A stretch of DNA of 64,000 nt from Faecalimonas sp. (GTDB lineage Bacteria > Bacillota > Clostridia > Lachnospirales > Lachnospiraceae), in assembly GCA_045531155.1 (NCBI GenBank), contig JAZSDK010000065.1, positions 4,564 to 68,563 on the forward strand, read 5' to 3'. Made by a program: the position numbers and the translations under genes. The stretch's first letter is position 1. Each line of letters starts with the position of its first letter. Positions 30,601-39,341 of the stretch are shown in pieces. Under the pieces are notes generated by a model. The model ran no database searches and had not been told where the DNA came from. It worked only from the letters and a program-made list of their open reading frames with translations.

Positions 30601-32085
30601 TTCAAAGGAAACAAGGAACCGGATATTGACCTTAATTTCTCTGGGGATTACCAGAGTAATGCCCATAAATATACGGAAGTTATCTTCGGTGACGGTCAGA
30701 CCTTCCGTGCGGGTACCATCGGTACCTTGGCTGATAAGACAGCCTATGGTTATGTGAAAAATTATTATGAGGAGCGTAATCAGGGGAAACGAAAATGTGA
30801 AATTGAACGTTTGCTTCAGGGATGTGTTGGAATCCGAAGAAGTACGGGACAGCATCCGGGAGGAATTATCGTATTACCAATCGGTCAGGATATCAATTCC
30901 TTTACGCCGGTGCAGCATCCGGCAAATGATATGACGACGGATATCGTGACCACACATTTCGATTATCACTCCATTGACCATAACCTGTTGAAGCTTGATA
31001 TTCTCGGCCATGATGATCCTACCATGATTAAGATGTTAGAGGAACTGGTAACCGAGATCACAGGCGAACCATTTGTTGCAACGGAGATTAAGCTGGATGA
31101 CCCGGGAGTGATGAAGCTCTTTGCAGACACCAGTTCCCTTGGAATCACGCCGGAGGATATCGGGGGATGTCCGGTTGGCTGTCTTGGGATTCCGGAGTTT
31201 GGAACGGATTTCGTTATTCAGATGGTGGTAGATACCAAGCCGAAAACTCTGTCAGACCTTATACGTATTTCCGGACTGTCTCATGGAACGGACGTATGGC
31301 TGAACAACGCGCAGACCTTAATTCAAGAAGGAAAGGCGACAATTTCAACTGCAATCTGTACCCGTGACGATATCATGACCTTCCTCATTAACAGCGGAAT
31401 GGAAAGTGAAACCTCATTTAAAATCATGGAGGATGTGCGTAAAGGAAAGGTTGCCAAGAAAAAGTCGGCGAAATGGCCGGAGTGGAAAGAGGACATGCTT
31501 GCACATGGCATACCGGACTGGTATGTGTGGTCCTGTGAGCAGATTAAATATATGTTCCCGAAGGCCCATGCGGCAGCTTACGTTATGATGGCATACCGCA
31601 TTGCCTACTGTAAGGTATATTATCCGCTGGCTTATTATGCGGCGTATTTTAGTATTCGTGCAAATGCATTTTCCTATGAACTCATGTGTCAGGGCAAGGA
31701 AAAATTAGAATACTATATCCGCGATTATAAGAGACGTAGCGATAGCTTATCCAACAAGGAACAAGATACCTTGAAGGATATGCGCCTTGTGCAGGAAATG
31801 TATGCCAGAGGCTATGAGTTCCTGCCGATTGACCTTTACAAGTCGAAGGCAACCAGGTTCCAGATCATAGACGGAAAATTGTTGCCACCATTTAGCACCA
31901 TTGAAGGCATGGGAGACAAGGCTGCAGATGCTGTAGAAATGGCAGCACAGGATGGACCATATTTGTCGCTGGATGACTTTAGACAGCGTACAAAGGTAAG
32001 TAAGACGGTCATCGAATTCATGGCTGATTTGGGACTGTTTGGGGATTTGCCGACATCGAATCAGTTGTCGTTGTTTGATTTGTAA
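27619..32085 (+). CDS. polC: DNA polymerase III PolC-type
   Basis: RVELHCHTKMS PHP domain, VFDIETTG exonuclease, GSRGSVGSS, PDIDLNFSG, YMFPKAHA. Confidence 0.97.
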   Translation: MSKLFFEVFPTLKVSEDMRLLFGDVEVTKVATNPDRTYLRVHFLSTHLLEKRVIYAMERAIKEQLFGQTMICVELVEFYQLSSQYTPENLLREHRESILLELKKRSIVEHNMFANAKYTFENGNVVTLEFEDTIVAEGKAESIVALLKEIFEVRCHIPVDIRVNYHKAEKSKIQEHNAIRLQQEINAIVEANEAKQEELNAEKKAEKETKKAEKEEKKAKAEAYAKRQEGYRAAKRSEDPNLVYGRDFDDDPIELKTVMGEMGEITFRGQVTSFETREIRNEKTIVMFAVTDFTDTIMVKMFVKNEQLPVILDDIKKGAFLKIKGVTTIDKFDHELTIGSVTGVKKIPSFVTKRKDTAPEKRVELHCHTKMSDMDGVSDTKSIVKQAHDWGHKAIAITDHGVVQAFPDANHYIMDDLDKEDPFKVIYGVEAYLVDDLTDIAVNAGEQTLDDTYVVFDIETTGFSSVEDRIIEIGAVKVQHGEIVDYYSTFVNPSIPIPFRITELTSITDEMVMDAPKIDVILPEFLSFVGDAVLVAHNAGFDVGFIEQNGKNLGLPSKFTYLDTVALARVLLPTLSKYKLNIVAKALGVSLENHHRAVDDAKATAEIFVKFVEMLKEQDITNLSEVNRFGAANPDAIRKMPTYHAIILAKNDVGRVNLYRLISMSHLTYYARRPRIPKSEFLKLREGLIIGSACEAGELYSAILDNKSEEAIARLVNFYDYLEIQPLGNNRFMIESDRHENIQSEEDLRDINRRIVRLGEEFHKPVVATCDVHFLEPEDEVYRRIVMAGQGFTDADNQAPLYLRTTEEMLEEFAYLGSKKAYEVVVTNTNLIADQIEKISPVRPDKCPPVIEDSDKQLRDICYNKAHSMYGEELPTIVVERLERELNSIISNGFAVMYIIAQKLVWKSVEDGYLVGSRGSVGSSFVATMAGITEVNPLSPHYYCTECHYSDFESEEVRKYAGGCGWDMPDKNCPVCGKPLVKDGFDIPFETFLGFKGNKEPDIDLNFSGDYQSNAHKYTEVIFGDGQTFRAGTIGTLADKTAYGYVKNYYEERNQGKRKCEIERLLQGCVGIRRSTGQHPGGIIVLPIGQDINSFTPVQHPANDMTTDIVTTHFDYHSIDHNLLKLDILGHDDPTMIKMLEELVTEITGEPFVATEIKLDDPGVMKLFADTSSLGITPEDIGGCPVGCLGIPEFGTDFVIQMVVDTKPKTLSDLIRISGLSHGTDVWLNNAQTLIQEGKATISTAICTRDDIMTFLINSGMESETSFKIMEDVRKGKVAKKKSAKWPEWKEDMLAHGIPDWYVWSCEQIKYMFPKAHAAAYVMMAYRIAYCKVYYPLAYYAAYFSIRANAFSYELMCQGKEKLEYYIRDYKRRSDSLSNKEQDTLKDMRLVQEMYARGYEFLPIDLYKSKATRFQIIDGKLLPPFSTIEGMGDKAADAVEMAAQDGPYLSLDDFRQRTKVSKTVIEFMADLGLFGDLPTSNQLSLFDL

Positions 32086-32147
32086 CTGTTCAGAGCCAAG
32101 CAGACACATAGTGTTTGCGAGGTTGGCTCTGAATAGTTATTTTTTTT
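32083..32147 (+). repeat. Minimal copy of the structured element (subfamily B), probably serving as polC terminator
   Basis: taactgttcagagccaa / ttggctctgaatagtta stem shared with 41567-41703, overlapping the polC TAA and followed by a T run. Confidence 0.8.
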
Positions 32148-32229
32148 AATTTAGTGCTTTAATCCGGCAAAGTAATGTGTTATAATGTTTACATTATTTT
32201 TCAAATGACATCGAAAGGAAGAAAGAATT

Positions 32230-33981
32230 ATGTCGAATAAGAGAGTAATCATGCTTGGAAACGAAGCAATTGCCCGCGGTGCATACGAAGCAGGTGTAAA
32301 AGTATCTGCAGCATACCCGGGAACACCAAGTACAGAAATTAGTGAGAATATTATTAAATATAAAGATGATATCTATTCCGAGTGGTCGCCAAATGAGAAG
32401 GTAGCTACAGAGGTTGCAATTGGCGCAAGCATTTCCGGTGTGAGAGCTATGGCTTGTATGAAACACGTTGGGCTTAACGTGGCATCAGACCCGCTTTACA
32501 CCGTATCATACATGGGCGTAAATGGGGGCTTGGTTCTTGTTGTAGCTGATGACCCAGGTCTTTACAGCTCCCAGAATGAACAAGATACACGCATGGTTGC
32601 AAGAGCAGCACAGGTGCCTGTATTGGAGCCGGCTGACAGTATGGAAGCAAAAGAGTACATGAAGGCTGCCTTCCAAATCAGTGAAGTGTTTGACAGACCG
32701 GTTATTCTTCGTACTACAACCAGATTGGCGCACTCACAAGGGTTGGTTGAACTTTATGACCGTGAGGAAGTAGAGGATGTTCCATATGAGAAGAATATTG
32801 CAAAGAACGTAATGATGCCGGGGAATGCAAAGCTTCGCCATGTGGAGATTGAAAAGCGCAACTTAGAGCTTGCAGAGGCAGCGAATACACTTCCAATCAA
32901 TACAGTGGAAATGAACGATACGAAGATTGGTGTGATTACAAGTGGTATACCTTATCAGTATGTGAAAGAGGCACTTCCAAATGCATCTGTATTAAAACTT
33001 GGTATGGTAAATCCGCTTCCTAAGAAATTAATCACAGAATTTGCATCTAAGGTTGATACATTATACATAGTTGAAGAGTTGGATCCAGTGATTGAAGAAC
33101 AAGTGAAATCGTGGGGTATCAAAGCAATTGGAAAAGAAATCTTTACTGTGCAGGGCGAATATAGTGCAAATATGATTCGTAAGGCAATTTTGAAAGAAGA
33201 ATTGGATGTAAAGGCACCAGTAGCAGCACCGGGAAGACCACCGATTTTGTGTCCGGGATGTCCACACAGAAGTGTGTACTATGTGCTGAATAAATTAAAA
33301 ATGCACGTGGCAGGTGATATCGGATGCTATACATTGGGAGCAGTTGCACCACTTAGCGTTGTGGATTCTGTTATCTGTATGGGCGCAAGTATTTCCAGTC
33401 TTCACGGTATGGAAAAGGCAAAAGGAAAAGACTATATCAAGAATTGGGTAGCGGCTATCGGTGATTCTACCTTCTTACATACAGGCGTGAATTCCCTCAT
33501 GAATATGGTTTATAACAAGTCAACCGGAACGGTTATGATTCTTGACAACTCAACCACCGGTATGACAGGTCATCAGGACCATGCGGCAACCGGAAAAACA
33601 TTGATGGGTGAACCTACGAATGCAATTGACATTCCAAACTTGTGCCGTGCAATCGGTGTAAAAAATGTAGTTGAAGTGAATGCATTTGATATTAAGACAT
33701 TAGAGAAAGTAATCAAGGAAGAAGTGGCAAAGGACGAAGTTTCTGTTATCATTACAAAAACTCCTTGCGTACTTTTGGATAAATCAAAGAAACCGGTTTA
33801 TATTGCGCACGCTGATAAATGTAAAAAATGCGGTATGTGTATGAAACCAGGTTGTCCTGCAATGACGAAAAAAGCAAATGGAACCATTTATATTGATGAT
33901 ACCATGTGTACAGGTTGTGGTCTTTGTGAGACACTTTGTAAATTTGATGCAATCGAACTTTTAAAGGAAGGTGATAAGTAA
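32230..33981 (+). CDS. iorA: Indolepyruvate ferredoxin oxidoreductase alpha subunit
   Basis: GNEAIARG, YPGTPS, MKHVGLNVA.D, CPGCPH, GDIGCY, C-terminal ferredoxin. Confidence 0.95.
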   Translation: MSNKRVIMLGNEAIARGAYEAGVKVSAAYPGTPSTEISENIIKYKDDIYSEWSPNEKVATEVAIGASISGVRAMACMKHVGLNVASDPLYTVSYMGVNGGLVLVVADDPGLYSSQNEQDTRMVARAAQVPVLEPADSMEAKEYMKAAFQISEVFDRPVILRTTTRLAHSQGLVELYDREEVEDVPYEKNIAKNVMMPGNAKLRHVEIEKRNLELAEAANTLPINTVEMNDTKIGVITSGIPYQYVKEALPNASVLKLGMVNPLPKKLITEFASKVDTLYIVEELDPVIEEQVKSWGIKAIGKEIFTVQGEYSANMIRKAILKEELDVKAPVAAPGRPPILCPGCPHRSVYYVLNKLKMHVAGDIGCYTLGAVAPLSVVDSVICMGASISSLHGMEKAKGKDYIKNWVAAIGDSTFLHTGVNSLMNMVYNKSTGTVMILDNSTTGMTGHQDHAATGKTLMGEPTNAIDIPNLCRAIGVKNVVEVNAFDIKTLEKVIKEEVAKDEVSVIITKTPCVLLDKSKKPVYIAHADKCKKCGMCMKPGCPAMTKKANGTIYIDDTMCTGCGLCETLCKFDAIELLKEGDK

Positions 33982-34550
33982 TGGCAACGAAGAATATTAT
34001 GATTGTAGGTGTAGGCGGACAAGGAACACTGCTTACCAGCCGTATTTTGGGCGGGCTTGCCATTGCAGGCGGTTATGACGTGAAACTTTCTGAGGTGCAT
34101 GGAATGGCACAGCGCGGCGGAAGCGTAGTTACCTTTGTGCGCTACGGCGAAAAGGTTGCAGAACCAATTGTGGAAGAAGGTCAGGCAGATGTTATTATCG
34201 CGTTTGAAAAATTAGAGGCCTTAAGATATTCTCACTTTTTGAAAAAAGACGGTGCTCTTATAATCAATGACTGGAGAATCGACCCGATGCCGGTAGTAAT
34301 CGGTGCGGCAGAGTATCCGGAAAACATTATCGAGAACCTTTCCAAAGAGCATAAGGTGTATACCGTAAATGCGACAGAAGAAGCAAAGAAGCTTGGGAAC
34401 TCCAGAGTGTTTAACATGATTGTGCTTGGAATTGCAGCACAGCATATGGATTTTGCAAAAGAAACTTGGTATGAAGTAATTGAAAATACAGTTCCACCAA
34501 AGACGATTGATATTAATAAGAAAGCCTTTGAAGTAGGATATTCGTTATAG
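33981..34550 (+). CDS. iorB: Indolepyruvate oxidoreductase beta subunit
   Basis: GVGGQG, SEVHGMAQRGGSV. Confidence 0.95.
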   Translation: MATKNIMIVGVGGQGTLLTSRILGGLAIAGGYDVKLSEVHGMAQRGGSVVTFVRYGEKVAEPIVEEGQADVIIAFEKLEALRYSHFLKKDGALIINDWRIDPMPVVIGAAEYPENIIENLSKEHKVYTVNATEEAKKLGNSRVFNMIVLGIAAQHMDFAKETWYEVIENTVPPKTIDINKKAFEVGYSL

Positions 34551-34568
34551 ACCGGAGGAAAATGCATC

Positions 34569-35885
34569 ATGGCATGGGTAGAAAGATATTTTGACAAAGA
34601 AAAAGAATGTATGAGCAGAGATGAGATGACAGCTCTGCAAAGTGAAAGATTAGTAAAGCAGGTGGCAAACGTTTATAACAACGTGGCGTTTTACAACAAG
34701 AAAATGAAGGAGCTTGGCATTGAACCAGGTGACATTAAAGGAATTGAAGACATCAACAAGCTTCCATTTACAACAAAGGAAGATTTGAGAGATAACTATC
34801 CGTTTGGTCTATTGGCAGTTCCAAAATCAAAGGTTGCTCGAGTGCAAGGCTCTTCCGGAACAACCGGTAAATTGACACTTGCTTCTTATACACAGGCAGA
34901 TACAGAACTGTGGGGAGAATGTGTGGCTCGTTGTATGACAATGGCAGGATTGACTGACGAGGATATTATACATACATGCTACGGCTACGGCTTGTTTACA
35001 GGTGGTCTGGGAATTGATTTCGGTGCGAGAAAATTGGGTGCAATGGTAATTCCAATGTCTTCCGGTAACACTCAGAGACAAATGATGTGTTTACAAGATT
35101 TTGGTGCAACAGCCATTGCATGTACGCCTTCCTATGCTCTTTATCTGGCTGAATCACTTCGTGATGCTGGCTTGGTAGATAAGATCAATATTAAGGCTGG
35201 TATCCTTGGTGCAGAACCTTGGACTGTAGAAATGAGAGAGCAGATTGAAAGCATTCTAGGAATTAAATGCTTTGATATTTATGGCCTATGTGAAATCTTA
35301 GGACCAGGTGTTGCAATGGAATGTGTTCACCACAAAGGACTTCACATCCACGAGGATTATTTCTATCCGGAAATCTTAAATCCGGCTACCAATGAAGCAT
35401 GTGCAGACGGCGAAACCGGTGAACTTGTATTTACTACACTAACCAAAGAGGCAATGCCATTGATTCGTTACAGAACAAAGGATTTGACAAGCATTGACCA
35501 CAGTACCTGTGATTGTGGAAGAACACTTCCGAGAATTTCCAAATTCAAAGGTCGTACGGACGATATGAAGGTAATCCGTGGTGTGAATGTATTCCCAACC
35601 CAGGTAGAAGCAGCACTTCTTAGTATGGGTGGAGAGGTAGCACCTCACTACATGATGATTGTAGACCGTGAAAACAACATGGATAAGTTGACTGTTATGG
35701 TGGAAGTAGACGAACGTTACTTCTCAGATGAAATCCGTGAATTAGAAGGATTAAAGAACAAGATTGCAGGTGTTTTAAAACAGGCACTTGGTATTGCTGT
35801 TCATGTAAAATTAGTAGAGCCTAAGACCATTGCACGTAGCGAAGGTAAAGCAAAACGTGTCATTGACAATAGAAATTTAAGTTAA
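34569..35885 (+). CDS. paaK: Phenylacetate-CoA ligase family protein
   Basis: SSGTTGK, YGLFTGG, GAEPW, YGLCE, IRYRT.D, GRTDDM, GKAKRV. Confidence 0.88.
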   Translation: MAWVERYFDKEKECMSRDEMTALQSERLVKQVANVYNNVAFYNKKMKELGIEPGDIKGIEDINKLPFTTKEDLRDNYPFGLLAVPKSKVARVQGSSGTTGKLTLASYTQADTELWGECVARCMTMAGLTDEDIIHTCYGYGLFTGGLGIDFGARKLGAMVIPMSSGNTQRQMMCLQDFGATAIACTPSYALYLAESLRDAGLVDKINIKAGILGAEPWTVEMREQIESILGIKCFDIYGLCEILGPGVAMECVHHKGLHIHEDYFYPEILNPATNEACADGETGELVFTTLTKEAMPLIRYRTKDLTSIDHSTCDCGRTLPRISKFKGRTDDMKVIRGVNVFPTQVEAALLSMGGEVAPHYMMIVDRENNMDKLTVMVEVDERYFSDEIRELEGLKNKIAGVLKQALGIAVHVKLVEPKTIARSEGKAKRVIDNRNLS

Positions 35886-35898
35886 GGGGGATTGGAAC

Positions 35899-36330
35899 AT
35901 GACAATTAAACAATTATCTGTATTTTTGGAAAATAGAGAAGGTCGTTTGGATGAAGTGTTAAAGACACTAGGTGCAAATGATGTAAACATTGTGGCATTG
36001 AGTTTGGCAGATACAGCGGACTATGGAATGCTTCGCATGATTGTTTCTGATCCTATGAAAGGCAAAAGCGTGCTAAAGGAAGCAGGAATTACTTCTATGC
36101 TTACAGATGTGGTTGCACTTCGTGTACCACATGCCACAGGCTCACTCAGCAAGGCCATGCATGAGTTGATGGCTGGCGGTGTTAACGTAGAGTATATGTA
36201 TGCATTTGCAAATGGAGCTGATGCGTCAGCTGTTATGAAATCGGATGACCCGGAAAAAGTAGTAACGATTCTAAGAGAAAATGGATTTAATGTGTGGGAA
36301 GCGGACGAAGCTTATCGCGCGAATTGCTAA
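35899..36330 (+). CDS. ACT domain protein
   Basis: KQLSVFLEN..GRL, NVEYMYAF; typical partner of paaK. Confidence 0.88.
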   Translation: MTIKQLSVFLENREGRLDEVLKTLGANDVNIVALSLADTADYGMLRMIVSDPMKGKSVLKEAGITSMLTDVVALRVPHATGSLSKAMHELMAGGVNVEYMYAFANGADASAVMKSDDPEKVVTILRENGFNVWEADEAYRANC

Positions 36331-36477
36331 TCTTTAATATTTAGCCATGAAGCTCGAATACGCTATGCTACTTCTCGCTTTGGCTAAACGCCATATGTCG
36401 AATATATGTATTGTCAACTTACATGCGAGCATGACGTTTACAATGCATATATTAGACGCATGGCTAAATAGTAAAGA
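36331..36477 (-). repeat. Structured multi-stem dispersed element, subfamily A, inverted relative to 13681
   Basis: tcttta-a-tatttagccatg / catggctaaata-g-taaaga closing stem; core agctcgaat.cgct.tgctacttctcgct.tggc..aacgccatat shared with the reverse complement of the 13681 copy. Confidence 0.88.
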
Positions 36478-36521
36478 AAATAGGGTTATTGCGATAAATT
36501 AAATTGCAATAACCCTTTTTT
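36478..36521. terminator. Bidirectional intrinsic terminator
   Basis: agggttattgc / gcaataaccct with flanking A and T runs between convergent genes. Confidence 0.75.
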
Positions 36522-36584
36522 AATCTCATTTCCATCCATGCTTTTTATATAAACTGCATATTAAAAGGCACATACAAATTGTGA

Positions 36585-36785
36585 TTAAAGTTTTACTACG
36601 TTGACTGCCTGTGGTCCTTTAGCGCCTTCTGTTAAATCATATTCAACAGCCTGACCTTCCTCCAATGTTTTGTATCCTTCCATGTTCAAACCTGAATAGT
36701 GAACAAACACGTCATTACCGGCTTCATCAGAAATGAATCCATAACCTTTTTGGTTGTTGAACCACTTAACTGTACCTTTGCTCAT
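36585..36785 (-). CDS. Cold-shock protein (CspA family)
   Basis: [26 protein letters not shown]. Confidence 0.95.
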   Translation of the reverse strand: MSKGTVKWFNNQKGYGFISDEAGNDVFVHYSGLNMEGYKTLEEGQAVEYDLTEGAKGPQAVNVVKL

Positions 36786-36864
36786 GTCTTTCTCCTCCAT
36801 TATTTAATTGTACGTTAACACGTTAACACTTTAACAGAATAGCACAGACGCAACACAGTGTCAA

Positions 36865-37866
36865 TTATTTTAAGGCTTTTTTGGCAAATTCTGTATTTAC
36901 TAAATCTTTATAAGGCGCAAGTTTTGACAATTCGCCTGCAGAGTCAAGAATATCTTGCAATAAATCAAAACTGTCTTCTTCAAAAATCAGATCCGCTTTC
37001 CATGTATCTTGGTCGTAATAACGAGTCACAATTGTGGTAATCGTATCAATATCTGTTTCTTCAAACTGAGGCGCAATAGCCTTCGCGATGTCTTCTGGTG
37101 TGTGTGATTGCACATAATCCATACCCTTTTGAAGTGCATTGGTAAAGCTTTGAATTACATCCGGATTTTCTTCAATATAACTGCCCTTTGCACAAAAAGC
37201 AGTGTATGGCACATAACCACTATCTTCACCCAGGGAGGCAATTACATAGCCTTTACCTGCTTTTTCAAGAGAGGTGGCATGTGGTTCAAATTCCACAGAG
37301 AAATCTCCTTGCCCTTCTGAAAATGCAGCCGCAGTTGAACCAAAGTCAATATTCTGATTGATTTGCAAATCTTTTTCAGGGTCAATATCATTTTGTTTTA
37401 AGATATACTCAAATACCATCTGTGGCATACCGCCCTTTCTGCCACCTAGAACAGAGGTACCTTTTAAGTCCTTCCATGTGAAATTAGAAACGTCTTCACG
37501 GCCAACAAGGAAATTTCCAGCACGCTGTGTCAGCTGTGCAAAGTTCACCACATAGTCCTTTGCGCCTTCGTTATAGGTATAAATTGATGCCTCAGACCCC
37601 ATAAATCCTACATCTGCTTCCCCTGAAAGGACAGCAGTCATAACCTTATCCGCCCCAAAGCCACAGACAAGTTCAAGGTCAATTCCTTCTTCAGCAAAAT
37701 ATCCCTCTTCAATCGCTACATACATTGGTGCATAAAAGATGGAATGTGCAACTTCATTTAGGACAACTTTTGTAGTGCCCGTTTCTTCTTCCTTTGGTGC
37801 ACAACCAAACAAAGAAAGAATAGCGAGTGTTGTTATGAGTGCAAACGCTAAGATTCGCTTTTTCAT
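36865..37866 (-). CDS. ABC transporter substrate-binding lipoprotein (SsuA/THI5-like)
   Basis: Signal peptide with LFGC lipobox; EVAHSIFYAPMYVA, GGRKGGMP. Confidence 0.85.
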   Translation of the reverse strand: MKKRILAFALITTLAILSLFGCAPKEEETGTTKVVLNEVAHSIFYAPMYVAIEEGYFAEEGIDLELVCGFGADKVMTAVLSGEADVGFMGSEASIYTYNEGAKDYVVNFAQLTQRAGNFLVGREDVSNFTWKDLKGTSVLGGRKGGMPQMVFEYILKQNDIDPEKDLQINQNIDFGSTAAAFSEGQGDFSVEFEPHATSLEKAGKGYVIASLGEDSGYVPYTAFCAKGSYIEENPDVIQSFTNALQKGMDYVQSHTPEDIAKAIAPQFEETDIDTITTIVTRYYDQDTWKADLIFEEDSFDLLQDILDSAGELSKLAPYKDLVNTEFAKKALK

Positions 37867-37920
37867 AAAACCTCCATGCAAAAACTTTTCTTAATACTAT
37901 ATGAAAGACTCTGAAAAATG

Positions 37921-38106
37921 TTACTCGTTCTCTGTATCGTCGCTCAATTGTTTGGGAAAAAAGTGATAGATTGCCTGATATGCCTCTCTTTCTGCCTCCG
38001 TGGAAGCAGGCGTAGGCATAAGTCCTGTACAGTCTGTAGTCGAGGCCGAATGTGTAAGGTAATCATAGGAATCTTCAATTTTAAGTTCTTGTTTTTCTTT
38101 TTTCAT
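37921..38106 (-). CDS. Small hypothetical protein
   Basis: 61 aa, S.TDCTGL.P motif, GAGGAG RBS. Confidence 0.65.
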   Translation of the reverse strand: MKKEKQELKIEDSYDYLTHSASTTDCTGLMPTPASTEAEREAYQAIYHFFPKQLSDDTENE

Positions 38107-38266
38107 ACAAATTATCTCCTCACAATAGTTTACATTTTTTCACAATTAGGGTTTGCAAAAAACAAGTTACTATTCAAATATAAGTTCAAATAAAAAAAGG
38201 TTTACTTTACGAATTTAATGTGCTAAAATGTTAAACAAGTAAAGCCGATAAAGGAGAAGGTTTAAT

Positions 38267-38551
38267 ATGGGCAAGAAAGTAAAAACAGAATCGTTAGATT
38301 TATTATTTGAAGCAATCTTATGTCTGAAGGATAAAGAAGAATGCTACACTTTTTTTGAGGACATTTGTACCGTTAATGAACTGCTATCAATTACGCAACG
38401 ATTTGAAGTTGCAAAGATGCTCAGAGAGCAAAAAACATATTTAGAGATTGCAGAGAAAACAGGCGCATCTACTGCGACTATTAGCCGCGTAAACCGTTCC
38501 TTGAATTACGGCAATGACGGATATGATATGGTTTTTGAAAGAATGAATTAA
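38267..38551 (+). CDS. yerC: YerC/YecD family TrpR-like regulator
   Basis: FFEDICT..E...QR..VA, TGASTATISRVNRSL.YG; near pcrA as in other Firmicutes. Confidence 0.9.
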   Translation: MGKKVKTESLDLLFEAILCLKDKEECYTFFEDICTVNELLSITQRFEVAKMLREQKTYLEIAEKTGASTATISRVNRSLNYGNDGYDMVFERMN

Positions 38552-38573
38552 TAGAAACAAAAAAGAAGGAAAT

Positions 38574-39215
38574 TTATTCCTTCTTTTTCTTATCCTTATC
38601 TTTTTCACAATCTTTTGTTTCTGTGGCAGGAGTAGAAGTTGCATCAATCAGTTTCTCAATCAGTAGTTGCTTCACATAGACATCCAAACTAAGAGAGCAG
38701 ATAAACGAGAAGAATTGAAGATATTCCCTGTTTGTTTCCGGCGCATCTGCAAATGTTTCCATTGAGTTATTAAACATTAGTTCGATATCCTTTTGAAGCA
38801 GTTTGGTACGTTCTTTTTCAAAAGTACATACTTCATCATAAATTCGTGCAATATTGATATCGTCTTCCGATTGGAAATAGTTTTCGGTAATTGGCTTTAG
38901 GAGGGTTTCGATATCCTTCATGGAAATAATATTTTTAAAATAGTAGATAAATGTTAATAATAACAAGTGTTCTTTTGAATATTTCTTTTTGATAGGTGCA
39001 GGCAGTAAATCATTTTTTGCATAATTGTTAATCATGGTCTTTGTCAAAACCTTGTCATCTTCATTTCGCTTTGTTGACTTTAGTTCCTTCTCCATAAAGG
39101 AAGTTACCTGATCCATGTACAAATCGATGTTAGGAATGTCGGTTGATTTTATAAAATCAATGCGGGAAATACTCCCTAAAATACTGTTTAACAAATCATT
39201 TTTATCTATCGTCAT
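38574..39215 (-). CDS. DUF1836 family putative transcriptional regulator
   Basis: IP.IDLYMDQV, LTKTMINNYAK..L...P.KKKY. Confidence 0.88.
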   Translation of the reverse strand: MTIDKNDLLNSILGSISRIDFIKSTDIPNIDLYMDQVTSFMEKELKSTKRNEDDKVLTKTMINNYAKNDLLPAPIKKKYSKEHLLLLTFIYYFKNIISMKDIETLLKPITENYFQSEDDINIARIYDEVCTFEKERTKLLQKDIELMFNNSMETFADAPETNREYLQFFSFICSLSLDVYVKQLLIEKLIDATSTPATETKDCEKDKDKKKKE

Positions 39216-39341
39216 ATCATCACCTCAATACAGACATTATATAGTATTGCAAACCACATCTCAAGTGCTTTTGAGAAATTATTTATAGATGACATGAGAA
39301 CAAATTTATACTATACTAAATAGATAAGGAGTTGAAACAAT

